From Candidatus Helarchaeota archaeon (GTDB lineage Archaea > Asgardarchaeota > Lokiarchaeia > Helarchaeales > RDOG01), in assembly GCA_019058315.1 (NCBI GenBank), contig JAHPZH010000002.1:909910-973909 (forward strand): a stretch of 64,000 nt of DNA. Reading direction: 5' to 3'. The position numbers were made by a program, and so were the translations under genes. Positions 20,094 to 31,982 of the stretch are shown here, piece by piece. Within the stretch, counting starts at the first letter, position 1; each line of letters starts with the position of its first letter. Below the pieces are notes generated by a model. It ran no database searches and had not been told where the DNA came from. It saw only the letters and a program-made list of their open reading frames with translations.

Positions 20094-20762
20094 TCAACTA
20101 TTTATTTTATCCTCATTATCAATTAGTTTAAAATAGAAATCTCTAGAAAAATAGTAATCTAGAACAGTGATCACGATATAAAATATTAGGATGAAAAGGG
20201 TTCCTATTCCTATGGCATTATAGGAAAATATTATTAGAAATATTAAGAATGTGGCAGATACAACATTTAGCAATCCCCAAACTCGGAAGTTATGTCTCTC
20301 ACCGGGTTTTGCCGTAATTATTGAGTATAATGCCCAGCTAATATCTATTAATGAAAGTACTAACAATGCATATATGAAATTGAAGTTATTTAACCAATTT
20401 AGAAACATAATATAAATAAAATTCAAGCTATTTATTAAAAAAACTGCCATTTCACTAGTAATTGTAAATGTATTATCAACTAATTGCCCTGCCATACATA
20501 AAATGATAAGTTCGGAAATAATAAAGAAAGTATTTACAAAAAATTCACGTGGACGTTGTCCCTTGCTTGTTATTGAGTGAACATTATTTCCATGAAAAAA
20601 CCTAATAGCAGTTATTAGGAAGGTAATAAAATTAAAAGTTATATTAATATCAAAATTCGATTTTAGCATCCTATCAATACCATATTCAATTGGAAAACTA
20701 ATGAGAATTGAATATAGAATTGGGATTAAATTAGAATTAGCTACTTCTATGGCTTTTCTCAT
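20094..20762 (-). CDS. Polytopic membrane protein
   Basis: 6-7 hydrophobic segments; RFFHGN motif. Confidence 0.7.
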   Translation of the reverse strand: MRKAIEVANSNLIPILYSILISFPIEYGIDRMLKSNFDINITFNFITFLITAIRFFHGNNVHSITSKGQRPREFFVNTFFIISELIILCMAGQLVDNTFTITSEMAVFLINSLNFIYIMFLNWLNNFNFIYALLVLSLIDISWALYSIITAKPGERHNFRVWGLLNVVSATFLIFLIIFSYNAIGIGTLFILIFYIVITVLDYYFSRDFYFKLIDNEDKINS

Positions 20763-20873
20763 GACAGATATCCCTATGTTAATATTTTGATAACAACTAA
20801 ATTTAACACTTTATAAAAATTTCGTAAAGTTGGAAATTAGATTCAGAATTCAAAAAGCGTTTTTTCTTTACTT

Positions 20874-21869
<996 letters not shown>

Positions 21870-22009
21870 TCAATTTTTTTTTACTTCATTTTCAAAATTT
21901 ATTTTCACCATCTCAATTATTTCCAAAACCTCTTTTCTTCGATTTTGCACAATGCAACTATATTACCAAATTCTGTAATTATCTTTATGTAATTATTTAT
22001 GTAATTAAT

Positions 22010-22873
22010 TTATTCTTTTCCAATTAAAAATTTAAAATACGTTCCCAATTGACGAGGACGAACAAGTAAAGCTGGAACTTGTTTGCGATAGTCCCTAAAA
22101 GATTCACCAAATCGTTCAATTAATTCTTTTTCTTCAACTTTCCAGATATGAATTATAAAACCAATGAGAAGCAAAATAAAGAAGATGATGGAATAAAGAG
22201 AAAATTGCACCAAAATTCCCGAAAAACTGACGTAAATCACTCCAGCATAAGCAGGATGGCGTAGTACTGAATAAATTTTGTGATTCTGAATGGAGCTTTC
22301 CTCGGGAAAATATAAATAGACTACTGTCATATAATCAAATCCAAAAGTAAAAAGTGAACGTATCATGGTTAAAGCTCCTAAAATAAACACTACGATTCCA
22401 AGGATAATTCGAATGAAATCAAAAATCCACGTATTTAACCAAGATATGGAAAGGGGTTGAATAAATTTTGTGGCTGGTCGGAATGGATCTAAATAGGATT
22501 TATTTAATATCAATGGAATTGTATTAAAAATCCCCAAGCATATCATACATATAACCCCAGCAAAGCCAAAAAAGAAAACGCGTTGATAAGAAGTCTGTTG
22601 ATATTTCGCTTTTAAGCGATCTCGCCAAAACCACATCTGATAAACTAAGAGTAATCCTCCAGACTCGATGATAATTACACCAAGAATCGGAAAAAACCAA
22701 CTCCAATCAGTTCCCAAAATTTGTATATTTACCTTGGTAAGTTTTAGAAACATGAATAAAGAAAAATAAATTAATATTATACAAGCAATCGTATATAATG
22801 GTAATAATATAATGCGTTTCCCACGTAGCGCAGGTAATTTTTCCCGAAATTTATCGAATCCTTTGATTTTCAT
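22010..22873 (-). CDS. Isoprenylcysteine carboxyl / phospholipid methyltransferase-family membrane protein
   Basis: YSVLRHPAY and EEKELIERFGESFRDYRKQVP motifs. Confidence 0.85.
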   Translation of the reverse strand: MKIKGFDKFREKLPALRGKRIILLPLYTIACIILIYFSLFMFLKLTKVNIQILGTDWSWFFPILGVIIIESGGLLLVYQMWFWRDRLKAKYQQTSYQRVFFFGFAGVICMICLGIFNTIPLILNKSYLDPFRPATKFIQPLSISWLNTWIFDFIRIILGIVVFILGALTMIRSLFTFGFDYMTVVYLYFPEESSIQNHKIYSVLRHPAYAGVIYVSFSGILVQFSLYSIIFFILLLIGFIIHIWKVEEKELIERFGESFRDYRKQVPALLVRPRQLGTYFKFLIGKE

Positions 22874-23036
22874 AGATTGTTAACACATTCTTTCTAATTA
22901 ACTTAAACAGTTTTTTTAAAATTTTATCAAACTATAATGAAAATTAAATTTAAAATTCCTTATTGAGGATTTAATCTAATGATCTTTTAATTTTTAATTT
23001 GAAATAATAGTTACAATAGAGGGAATTGAAACTAAA

Positions 23037-24071
23037 ATGAAAGAAAAAGATACTAAAAGCAAATCTCGACCGCACCCATTCGCGCAACTCATGATATATA
23101 TAGCTGGAAAAACGTACACGCATTTAGTTTCATTAGCTGCCAATTTGGGTATTGCTGATTTGCTAGCTGATGGACCAAAATCCGTAGAGGACCTCGCTGC
23201 CGCTACTGAAACTCATACACCAAGCCTATATCGCGTTTTACGTGTTTTAGACCGTATGGGTGTATTTTCTGAAAAAGAACCAAGAATCTTTTCTTTAAAT
23301 CGCATGTCTAAATATTTACTTACAAATTCACCCCTTTCTGTGAGAGATTGGGCCATTATGAATGGAAGTGAATGGCATAGTCGAACTTGGTCAAATATTT
23401 TATTTAATATAAAAACAGGCAAACCATCTTTTGATGAAGTATTTGGAATGAAATTTTTTGATTATTTTGAAAAGAAACCTGATGAATTTGTCGTCTATAA
23501 CAATGTAATGACATTTTTCTCGAAAGGTCAAGCAGCAATTTTAGCTAATTCTTATGATTTCTCCAATTTTCAATCCATCGTTGATGTGGGGGGCGGGCAT
23601 GGTTTCCTTCTAGCAACAATTCTGAGATCTAATCCATCGCTACAAGGTATTTTATTCGACTTGCCAAGAGTAGTAAAGGGTGCAAAAAAAACAATGGAAA
23701 AACATAACCTATTGGAACGATGTAAGATTATTGGAGGCGATTTTTTTCATAGTGTTCCTAAAGGAGCAGATGCTTATATAATGAAATATGTAATTCATGA
23801 TTGGTATGATGAGAAAGCCAGAATAATATTGAAAAACTGTCGAGATGCTATAGCCCCAAATGGAAAATTATTAGTAATAGATAAGGTAATTTCTTTAAAA
23901 AGTGGATTAGAAGATGAGATTATGGGAGACATAGAAATGATGATACTTGGAGGTGGGCTTGAACGTACAGAAAGTGAATTCAAGCTTCTTTTTAATAGTG
24001 CTGGATTTAAATTGACTAATATTATCCCTACCCAATTACCATTATTTATTTTAGAATGTGAGCCAATTTAA
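23037..24071 (+). CDS. O-methyltransferase (dimerisation HTH + Methyltransf_2)
   Basis: VDVGGGHG, FDLP, GGDFF, VIHDW, ERT. Confidence 0.93.
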   Translation: MKEKDTKSKSRPHPFAQLMIYIAGKTYTHLVSLAANLGIADLLADGPKSVEDLAAATETHTPSLYRVLRVLDRMGVFSEKEPRIFSLNRMSKYLLTNSPLSVRDWAIMNGSEWHSRTWSNILFNIKTGKPSFDEVFGMKFFDYFEKKPDEFVVYNNVMTFFSKGQAAILANSYDFSNFQSIVDVGGGHGFLLATILRSNPSLQGILFDLPRVVKGAKKTMEKHNLLERCKIIGGDFFHSVPKGADAYIMKYVIHDWYDEKARIILKNCRDAIAPNGKLLVIDKVISLKSGLEDEIMGDIEMMILGGGLERTESEFKLLFNSAGFKLTNIIPTQLPLFILECEPI

Positions 24072-24240
24072 AATCGATTCTAAATAAAATTTGATTTGAG
24101 AATTAAATATAAGCGAATTTGCAATCAATTGGAAACTGTATGAGCATAAACAATATACATTTATAAAAAATTTAAAAAATCATATTTCAAGAGACTTCTC
24201 GAAAAGTTTACTTTATATTAATATTGAGAGGTAATAAATT

Positions 24241-24624
24241 TTGGTTCAAATTGACATGTTTGCGTTGCTTGGCATAGGTGTTATGACAGTTTTATTCATT
24301 TTATTAATATTGGTATTTAGATATTATTATAAATTATATAGACTTGTTGAATATTCTGAAATTTGGAAGTATTGGAAGTATCAGCTTATAGGTTTTGTCA
24401 TTGCGGGTGGTGGACTTTTGGTTTCATTTTATTTTTATGTTTTGTACATTTTTTCCATGCCAACTGAAGCCTTAAGAGTTTCTGCGGATGTATTTCATCT
24501 TATTTTAATTTATTGTGGGGCACTAATAGGAGTAATTAGTAGTCTTGTTACTTTGGTGGGAATGCAGGAATTCTATAATAAAGCTGAACAAATGTCAAAA
24601 AAGGATGATCAAGGAGATGTTTAA
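24241..24624 (+). CDS. 3-TM membrane protein, paralogue of the next gene
   Basis: YYYKLYRLVEYSEIWK ... GMQEFYNK. Confidence 0.7.
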   Translation: MVQIDMFALLGIGVMTVLFILLILVFRYYYKLYRLVEYSEIWKYWKYQLIGFVIAGGGLLVSFYFYVLYIFSMPTEALRVSADVFHLILIYCGALIGVISSLVTLVGMQEFYNKAEQMSKKDDQGDV

Positions 24625-24627
24625 AAA

Positions 24628-25008
24628 ATGAGCTATTTTTTTATTTATTTCTCGCTTATAGCAATTTTTATTATCCTAAGTTCTTTAAATATAGGGTATT
24701 ATTATTATTTTAAGCTCTATAAACTAACTCAATATAGTAATATCTGGAGATCTTTCAAAAAAATTACAATCGGAATGGCAGGGGTAATTATTGGAATGAT
24801 AGTAATGATTTTGATGCTATTTCATTATTTGTTAACAACCTTTCCAGATCTCTTCCTAGATGCATACTTCAATATCACCAATTTTTATGCATTGGGCGTA
24901 ATTCTAGGAGCTCCAGTTTGTACAGTAGGACTTATAATTAATATTTATGGGACAAGAAAATTTTATCAAAAAATGGAAAAAATGGTAATTGAATCCGCAG
25001 AAAATTAA
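24628..25008 (+). CDS. 3-TM membrane protein, paralogue of the previous gene
   Basis: YYFKLYKLTQYSNIWR ... GTRKFYQK. Confidence 0.7.
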   Translation: MSYFFIYFSLIAIFIILSSLNIGYYYYFKLYKLTQYSNIWRSFKKITIGMAGVIIGMIVMILMLFHYLLTTFPDLFLDAYFNITNFYALGVILGAPVCTVGLIINIYGTRKFYQKMEKMVIESAEN

Positions 25009-25409
25009 TTTTTAAGCTATTTCTTAAAAGGTTGTCTATATAATTATCTTAAATGCAATGAATTATTAATAGACTGAATTATTACTAATTAAAAAGGACA
25101 ATTTCAGAGAAATTATTAATAGAAAAACGGTAATTAAAGAAGATTATGTAATCGATTCCAAGATCAAAAAAACTCTTTCTCAAAACAACATATTGAGCCA
25201 GTCTCAAAAATTAATTGGACTTCTCAGAATAAATTTTTAATTATTTTCAATCAGAATTAAAGAACCGTAACTGAATAGCAAAATCTTAACTAAGTTAATT
25301 TGAATTTACTTTATTTCTTATAAATCATCTGTCATTTTAATATTACACCCTATCCAAGATATAGAACTGAAATTTTTGCAGAAAATTAAATGAAAGGAAA
25401 GAGAGAATC

Positions 25410-25982
25410 ATGCAGTCAGAAATAAATAAGATTAATGGGAAAAAAAAAGGTTCTATTGATTCTAATGACCAAATTTCAATATTAATTTTTGAAGTTGGAT
25501 GGGAACAATTTACTATGGAGCTTTTTGAGGCTAGTGAAATTATTAAAAGAGGGCAAATTAGAAGGTTACCAAAAAGCCTTCCATATATAGAAGGAATATA
25601 TAATCATAGGGGAGAAATAATTCACATTCTTAACTTAAAAAAGAGATTAAGATTAAATGAATACCTAATATATAAAACAAAACTCGAGTCTATTAATAAA
25701 AGCGATAATGATTCAAAATCCTTGAATAATTTCATTATTATTGTTGAAATTAATAATAAAAAAATTGGATTTTTAGTTGATCGTATCGTTGATGTTGTAA
25801 ATGTAAATTCTGAAGACATTATCGATTTAAGTCCTATTTTTCAAACTAGTATAGATATAGAATATATTAAATCAATTATAAAGTTTGACGATAGACCTAG
25901 AGTTATGCTAAATATAATCAAACTTCTTACAGAGGTTGGAAAAAATATTAGAGAAGAAGAAACAACATTAAAAAATAAATAA
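25410..25982 (+). CDS. cheW: Chemotaxis coupling protein CheW
   Basis: LPKSLPYIEGIYNHRGEII; IGFLVDRIVDV. Confidence 0.9.
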   Translation: MQSEINKINGKKKGSIDSNDQISILIFEVGWEQFTMELFEASEIIKRGQIRRLPKSLPYIEGIYNHRGEIIHILNLKKRLRLNEYLIYKTKLESINKSDNDSKSLNNFIIIVEINNKKIGFLVDRIVDVVNVNSEDIIDLSPIFQTSIDIEYIKSIIKFDDRPRVMLNIIKLLTEVGKNIREEETTLKNK

Positions 25983-25985
25983 AAG

Positions 25986-26384
25986 ATGAATTTAATGACA
26001 GAAAATAAAAAACGAATATTGATAGTAGATGATGCACTTTTCACTAGAAATTACCTAAAAAATATCATTAATAAAATCGATCATTGCGAAGTTGTAGGAG
26101 AGGCGTCAAATGGGAATGAGGCAATTTTACTTTATAAGGAAATAAAGCCCGATTTGGTCACTATGGATTTAATTATGCCCGAAAAAGATGGTATTGAAAC
26201 CACTGAAGAGATTTTAAAAATTGACCCAAAAGCACAGATAGTTGTAATATCAGCTTTAGGACAAGAAGCTATGGTTGTTGAGGCAACAAAAAAGGGAGCT
26301 AAAGATTTTATTAAAAAACCTTACGAACCTGAACAGATTTTGGCAATATTAGAACGTCTTCTGAATCTAAAAAACGTAAATTAA
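25986..26384 (+). CDS. cheY: Response regulator CheY
   Basis: LIVDD, MDLIMP, SA, KPY; stand-alone REC domain. Confidence 0.92.
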   Translation: MNLMTENKKRILIVDDALFTRNYLKNIINKIDHCEVVGEASNGNEAILLYKEIKPDLVTMDLIMPEKDGIETTEEILKIDPKAQIVVISALGQEAMVVEATKKGAKDFIKKPYEPEQILAILERLLNLKNVN

Positions 26385-26420
26385 AAAGGTTTTAGAAATA
26401 AATTATATCAAGGTGAGGCT

Positions 26421-28463
26421 TTGGAATCAGAGGAAGATGTAAAACTTTTCATAAGTGAAGAAGAAGAGCTACTTCAAAAATTAGAGGACAATCTCTTCAA
26501 TTTAGAAGAAAATCCAGAGGATAAAAATCCGGTTCAAGATCTTTTCTACATTTTTCACACATTAAAAGGTATTAATGCAATGGCAGGCTTCGTAAATGTT
26601 TCAGAATTCTGCCATCATTTTGAATCTATTTTAGATAGTGCAAAAAATAAGGAAATTTCAGCAGAAAATTTGACTACTTTTCAAAACTTATTTTTTCAAT
26701 GCTTAGATAACCTTAGAAAACATCTTAGGCAAATTAAGGAGGGTGACATGACAGATCTTAACTCTGAGATTGTCAAAGAGATAAAAGAAAAAAAAATTAC
26801 CTTTAAAAAACAAGATAAAAAACAAGAAAGCAGTGAAACATTTCTAAAACCTATTACTATTGAAAAAATTCACCAATTAGTAAAGGATATAAAAAACAAA
26901 TTCTTTGAAATTCAAATTCGTCTTCAAGAAAGTTGTCCTTTTAGAAAAGCCAGATTGATGATTATTATAAGAGAATTAAATGAAGTCGGTCTTTTTTGCT
27001 GGAGTAATCCTTCCCCTGAAATACTAGATTCGGGTGAGATTCCACTAGAATTTATACTTTTTTACATATCTACAAAAAAAATTAATAATTTTAAACAAGT
27101 CCTGAATAAAGTTTCAGAAATTGAAAAAAAGTATATTTCAGAACTGGAATCGAATGATTTCCTGAATACCGTTAAAATGCTTATTGAAAATCGAAAAAAA
27201 GAAGAATTAATTAAAGATATTGATAGCTCGGAACATGATAACATAAATATTGACAGTATTAAAGTAGATGTTGATGTTTTAGAGAAGTTAATGAATAATT
27301 TCGGGGAGATAGTTATAATTAGAAATCAAATTAACCAATTATTAATGGAAGGATTAGATAGTTCAGTTAATGACCTTATAAAAAATATGGATAAACCTTT
27401 ACTTGATATTCAAGACTTAATCTTAAAATTGAACCTGATTAAGGTAGAAACGACTTTTAAAAAATATCGAGGTTTGATTCGGGATCTATCAAAAGAAACA
27501 GGTAAAAAAATTAAATTTTCATTAGAGGGCACAGATGTAAAATTAGATAGAAAAGTTTTAGAGGAATTAAACGTTCCAATTATTCATTTATTAAGAAATG
27601 CAATATACCATGGTATAGAACCGCAAGAGGAAAGAAAAAGGAAGCATAAAGAAGAGTTAGGTAAAATAAAACTTAAGGCATATAGAGGAGCTGACTCAGT
27701 ATTTATTGAAGTATCAGATGATGGAAAGGGGATTGACTTTGATTCTATACGACAAAAAATAATTGATAAAGGATACTATTCGAAGAAAGATGCAAAGGAA
27801 TTAAGTGAAGATATTTTAAAAAAGTTTATTTTAATGCCTGATTTTTCTACACTTTCAGAAGTAGATATCATCTCAGGTAGAGGAATGGGATTAAAAATTG
27901 TGAACGATATAATCAAAGGTTTAGGTGGTTCTTTGAGAATACATTCAGAAAAGGATGTTGGAACTACCTTTACATTAATAGTACCATTTACAAAGGCTAT
28001 ATTTAGGGCACAATTAATAACTGTGGCTGATGATCTATTTGCTATTCCTCTTGAACGTATTGAACAAATCTATTCTTTTAATATTAACTCAATAGAATCT
28101 GATAATCAAGTTAAATATTATAAAATAGATGCCCAAAAAAAAGTACCTCTTATCTTTTTAGATCACTATTTAAAACTTAGAAATCATGAAAATAAATCAA
28201 ATTTTAATAAAAATATTAAGATCGGAATTTTATGTCATATGGATGAAAAACATTCCGCAATCCTTGCTTTAGATGAGGTTCTTGAACAAACTGACGTTAT
28301 AGTTAAACCTTTTAAATCGGATTATTCAGATTCTGACGATTTTCTAGGTTCTGCAATCACCGGAGATGGTTCAATTTGTTTAATACTAAATGTTTCAAAT
28401 ATTATTTCATCTACTTTGAAAGAAACTCAATCTGAAACAGAAATTATAGAATTAAATAAATAA
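26421..28463 (+). CDS. cheA: Chemotaxis histidine kinase CheA
   Basis: Hpt FHTLKG; HLLRNAIYHGIE; DDGKGID; SGRGMGL; C-terminal CheW domain. Confidence 0.96.
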   Translation: MESEEDVKLFISEEEELLQKLEDNLFNLEENPEDKNPVQDLFYIFHTLKGINAMAGFVNVSEFCHHFESILDSAKNKEISAENLTTFQNLFFQCLDNLRKHLRQIKEGDMTDLNSEIVKEIKEKKITFKKQDKKQESSETFLKPITIEKIHQLVKDIKNKFFEIQIRLQESCPFRKARLMIIIRELNEVGLFCWSNPSPEILDSGEIPLEFILFYISTKKINNFKQVLNKVSEIEKKYISELESNDFLNTVKMLIENRKKEELIKDIDSSEHDNINIDSIKVDVDVLEKLMNNFGEIVIIRNQINQLLMEGLDSSVNDLIKNMDKPLLDIQDLILKLNLIKVETTFKKYRGLIRDLSKETGKKIKFSLEGTDVKLDRKVLEELNVPIIHLLRNAIYHGIEPQEERKRKHKEELGKIKLKAYRGADSVFIEVSDDGKGIDFDSIRQKIIDKGYYSKKDAKELSEDILKKFILMPDFSTLSEVDIISGRGMGLKIVNDIIKGLGGSLRIHSEKDVGTTFTLIVPFTKAIFRAQLITVADDLFAIPLERIEQIYSFNINSIESDNQVKYYKIDAQKKVPLIFLDHYLKLRNHENKSNFNKNIKIGILCHMDEKHSAILALDEVLEQTDVIVKPFKSDYSDSDDFLGSAITGDGSICLILNVSNIISSTLKETQSETEIIELNK

Positions 28464-28476
28464 TTGGTGTAAGTAG

Positions 28477-30519
28477 ATGGGATTTAAAAAAATTGATAAA
28501 AAAGAATTAGAAACGGGCACTGGTCCATGTTTTATTGGAATGCCCTTAGTAAAATTAGATAAATCAGAGTTAGAGAAATTAAAAGATGCTAAAATAGTAC
28601 AAGATTCCTTTTTAATGGAAAAATTTTCTGAAATATTGATTGAGTGTGATGAATTTTTAGAATTTCAATACTTAAATAATGGAAAAAGAAAGTCACAACA
28701 AGCAAATGGAAATATTTCGATAATTAATAAATCTAAAAGGGATCGAATATGGGACACACAACTAGAAATAGAAGGTTCTCATATTGATATTTTAGAAGCG
28801 AATGAAGGGAATAGCATTGATTTTGGGATTTTAGAACCGAATTCAACCAAAAATAAAAATTATAACATCGAAACAAAAGATAATATATTTGAAATGCTTC
28901 ATGTAAAAGAAAATATTGATGTAATTAGTATTCAAACTGAAATTTTGGAAAATATAACAGATAAATCTGATCAAAATTTATCAGAGGAGAAGAAAGAGCG
29001 GAAGAATTTACTCATTTCAGGAAAAGAAAATAAAATTAAGTATAATCTCACTTTGAGAAATGTCTCCACTAAATCAATTAACAATCTAAATGTTAAAAAA
29101 AGCTTTTCAAAGGATTTCAAAAATTTCACCATAGAAGGCGAATCTAGTGAAAATGCAAGAATAATTGGGAATTATTTAGAGTGGACACTAGATGAACTAG
29201 CCCCTAATGAAGAAAGAATGATATCAATTATTACAACAATAGTACCAAGACGTGATGAAATTATTCGTTCTGGAAATATTGAAATTACTGGGAAAATCGG
29301 AGATTTTTTAGTTTCAGGAGTAAATATTGAAAATTTTACAGCATATTCACATGCTATGCATGCGATACAGAAGTTTGAAGATGAACATATACCCAACAAA
29401 TGGAATTGTTCACTTATTTTTGAAAATCATAGTGATTTTAAAATAAATTTAGTTTCTATTTTGGTATTTGATAAATCTAAATCTAAGAAATTTATTGAAT
29501 TTGATTATAACTCATCAAATGAAAAAAATATCCTTCGACCTGGAGAAAAATTTGTTTCTGAATATTGGTACTTGGAGGATGAACATGAGCCAAAATTTTC
29601 AAGAAAAATAGAATATTCGGTAGATTATAAGGTAATAAAGACATCAAATATAAAAATTAAAATTGAAGATGTTGCCTTTGATATAGTCGATCTTCAAATT
29701 GAAAAGAAATTTTCAGAAGACGAGATTGGTTCATTTAAAAAGTCAGAAATTACCAATAATATTACTATTGAAAATAAGAGTACAATTCCTGTAAGGGGAT
29801 TAATAATTAGGGAAATAATTCCAGAAGATTTTCTTCCCAACACTGATATTTCTAATTACACCTTTAATTTATCATCTGGAAAAATAAGTCAGAATGATAT
29901 TGTCCTTAATATTACACCTAATGATGATGATTCAACTAAGATTCATGTTCTAGAATTGAAAATAAATTTGAAACGGATACAAGAAAAAAAGCTTGTAGCA
30001 ATAAAAGAATCTTTGGAAATACACCATCCAATCTTAGCAGTAACACCAAATCATGATAAAAACTATCAATTTCCGCTTGAAATCATTTCGTATTTTTTTA
30101 AATATGACAATAAAAACGAAATTAAAATGAATGAATATTATAAAATTGAGAATAATTTAACAGAAGATAAATCGCTTTCCGTAAAATTAACTTATAAACC
30201 ACGAAAATTGATTACAAAAAAGGAAATTTTTCCAGGAGTTCATGACAATGAATTTGCAATTGAGATTACTGTTATAAATCAATCAAATGTAGAGATAAAA
30301 AATACTATTATTTCTGATATGTTCCCAGAATCCTTTGAGTTGTTATCCTCAAATTTAAAATATGAACTCACTAAACCTGATAAAGAGGGAAATCAGATAA
30401 TAAAATTTACGATTGAGAACGTTTTGCCTTATCAAGAAAAAGAAATTGTGTATTATCTCAAGAATAAAAGTGGAAAGCAAGTTAAATTCTCAAAATTAGA
30501 ATCATATTTTTTTGGATAA
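28477..30519 (+). CDS. Unknown cytoplasmic multi-Ig/beta-sandwich protein inside the che operon
   Basis: Repeated 'ITIENKS...IIREIIPEDF' / 'ITVINQS...ISDMFPESF' DUF11-like patterns; no signal peptide or TM seen. Confidence 0.6.
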   Translation: MGFKKIDKKELETGTGPCFIGMPLVKLDKSELEKLKDAKIVQDSFLMEKFSEILIECDEFLEFQYLNNGKRKSQQANGNISIINKSKRDRIWDTQLEIEGSHIDILEANEGNSIDFGILEPNSTKNKNYNIETKDNIFEMLHVKENIDVISIQTEILENITDKSDQNLSEEKKERKNLLISGKENKIKYNLTLRNVSTKSINNLNVKKSFSKDFKNFTIEGESSENARIIGNYLEWTLDELAPNEERMISIITTIVPRRDEIIRSGNIEITGKIGDFLVSGVNIENFTAYSHAMHAIQKFEDEHIPNKWNCSLIFENHSDFKINLVSILVFDKSKSKKFIEFDYNSSNEKNILRPGEKFVSEYWYLEDEHEPKFSRKIEYSVDYKVIKTSNIKIKIEDVAFDIVDLQIEKKFSEDEIGSFKKSEITNNITIENKSTIPVRGLIIREIIPEDFLPNTDISNYTFNLSSGKISQNDIVLNITPNDDDSTKIHVLELKINLKRIQEKKLVAIKESLEIHHPILAVTPNHDKNYQFPLEIISYFFKYDNKNEIKMNEYYKIENNLTEDKSLSVKLTYKPRKLITKKEIFPGVHDNEFAIEITVINQSNVEIKNTIISDMFPESFELLSSNLKYELTKPDKEGNQIIKFTIENVLPYQEKEIVYYLKNKSGKQVKFSKLESYFFG

Positions 30520-30540
30520 ATATAGAATGGATGAGATCAT

Positions 30541-31401
30541 ATGAATTTTCGATATTATGAAACTCTACCAGATAAATCAAAGGATTATATATTACCTTTA
30601 ATTGAACAAATCGTTCCAAAATTATCAAATAATGAAATTAATATTTTTTTTGAAGACTCCAAAAAAAATTCGTCAACTAAAACAACTAAAACAAAGTCAA
30701 AGACAACAAATGGATTCGTATCTCTTGAAATGAATTCAAATGACGATGCAGACTTGACTAAATTAAGTAGTAATCAATTGAAAAAAATTTATCAAATTTT
30801 TATCAGTAGAGAAGATAATAATAAATTGGCTATTAAATGGCGATTTTATAATTTCCTTAAATATAATCGAGACTTTGATATAAAAAATATTCAACTATAT
30901 AGAGAAAATACTTTAGAACAAGTAATTGATTTTATAATAGAAACAGATGAGGATGAAAAAATAATAGTTTGTTGTTTTGATATATTAGATCTTAAAACAT
31001 ATACTATGGCAAGTTCAAGTTTGGTAGATTTTCTTCAAAAGCTAAAATTTATTCCCAATAGAGTTATTTTCGCTGCAAATAAATCTTATCGAAATATTCC
31101 TATCAATAATCCTATCGATATTGATAAAAATAACATTATACCAGAATTATGGATAGAATTTATTGAAGTTGATTGCCCTTTTAGGGGAGAAGATTTAATA
31201 ATCGTAGAAAATTCTGATTTAAAAATTGCAGGTTTTAATTTTACCAGTATTAAGGATTTACTCGATTATGTATTCAAATTTTCAAAGAAAGGACAGATTT
31301 CAATCTTTAAAGAAATAGATTACCTTTTGAAAGATAATAATGACACAAATTATCAACCAGAAATCGAATTGATTTGGAAAGGAATCATGGTAAAAAAATA
31401 G
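30541..31401 (+). CDS. Unknown protein inside the che operon
   Basis: 286-aa ORF tightly packed in the operon; no motif confidently recognised. Confidence 0.6.
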   Translation: MNFRYYETLPDKSKDYILPLIEQIVPKLSNNEINIFFEDSKKNSSTKTTKTKSKTTNGFVSLEMNSNDDADLTKLSSNQLKKIYQIFISREDNNKLAIKWRFYNFLKYNRDFDIKNIQLYRENTLEQVIDFIIETDEDEKIIVCCFDILDLKTYTMASSSLVDFLQKLKFIPNRVIFAANKSYRNIPINNPIDIDKNNIIPELWIEFIEVDCPFRGEDLIIVENSDLKIAGFNFTSIKDLLDYVFKFSKKGQISIFKEIDYLLKDNNDTNYQPEIELIWKGIMVKK

Positions 31402-31413
31402 AAAGGGAAAAAT

Positions 31414-31968
31414 ATGATAGAAGCAAAAAAAATTGAAAATTTTAGTGCAATAGAATTAATTATTGAAGGTGAAAGAGTTCTAATCGAAACTAAATATATT
31501 AAAGAAATCTTAATTCCCGAAGAGGAAATAATTCCAGTTCCCTTTTCGAGAAAATCAATTATTGGAATAATTGATGTCAGAGGAGAGCTATATACTATTA
31601 TTTCATTAAGTAAAATTTTATTTAAGGCCACAAAGCAGGACTTAATTGAAAATAAACCTATACTTTTAGTCGACCTTGATGGTTTAAAATTAGGTTTATT
31701 AGTAGATTCTGTATTTGATGTTCATAATTATTCTAAATCGATTTTTGAAAAAAAGGACCTGATTCACAAAACAGAAATAGATCCAAAATTTATAAAAGAA
31801 ATGGGTTTTTCAAATGGTGATTCTTTAATCTTATTAGAGTTAAACTCGATAGTTCAAACCTTCTTTTTAGCATTAGAAGAAAAATCTACGGCTTCGATTC
31901 AATCCGATATAATATTAAAGCCATCAAATGATAAACCTCCAAAAAAAGATACTACCCAAAAAAAATAA
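31414..31968 (+). CDS. cheW: Second CheW
   Basis: VPFSRKSIIGIIDVRGEL; LGLLVDSV. Confidence 0.9.
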   Translation: MIEAKKIENFSAIELIIEGERVLIETKYIKEILIPEEEIIPVPFSRKSIIGIIDVRGELYTIISLSKILFKATKQDLIENKPILLVDLDGLKLGLLVDSVFDVHNYSKSIFEKKDLIHKTEIDPKFIKEMGFSNGDSLILLELNSIVQTFFLALEEKSTASIQSDIILKPSNDKPPKKDTTQKK

Positions 31969-31982
31969 AATGGAGTAATACT

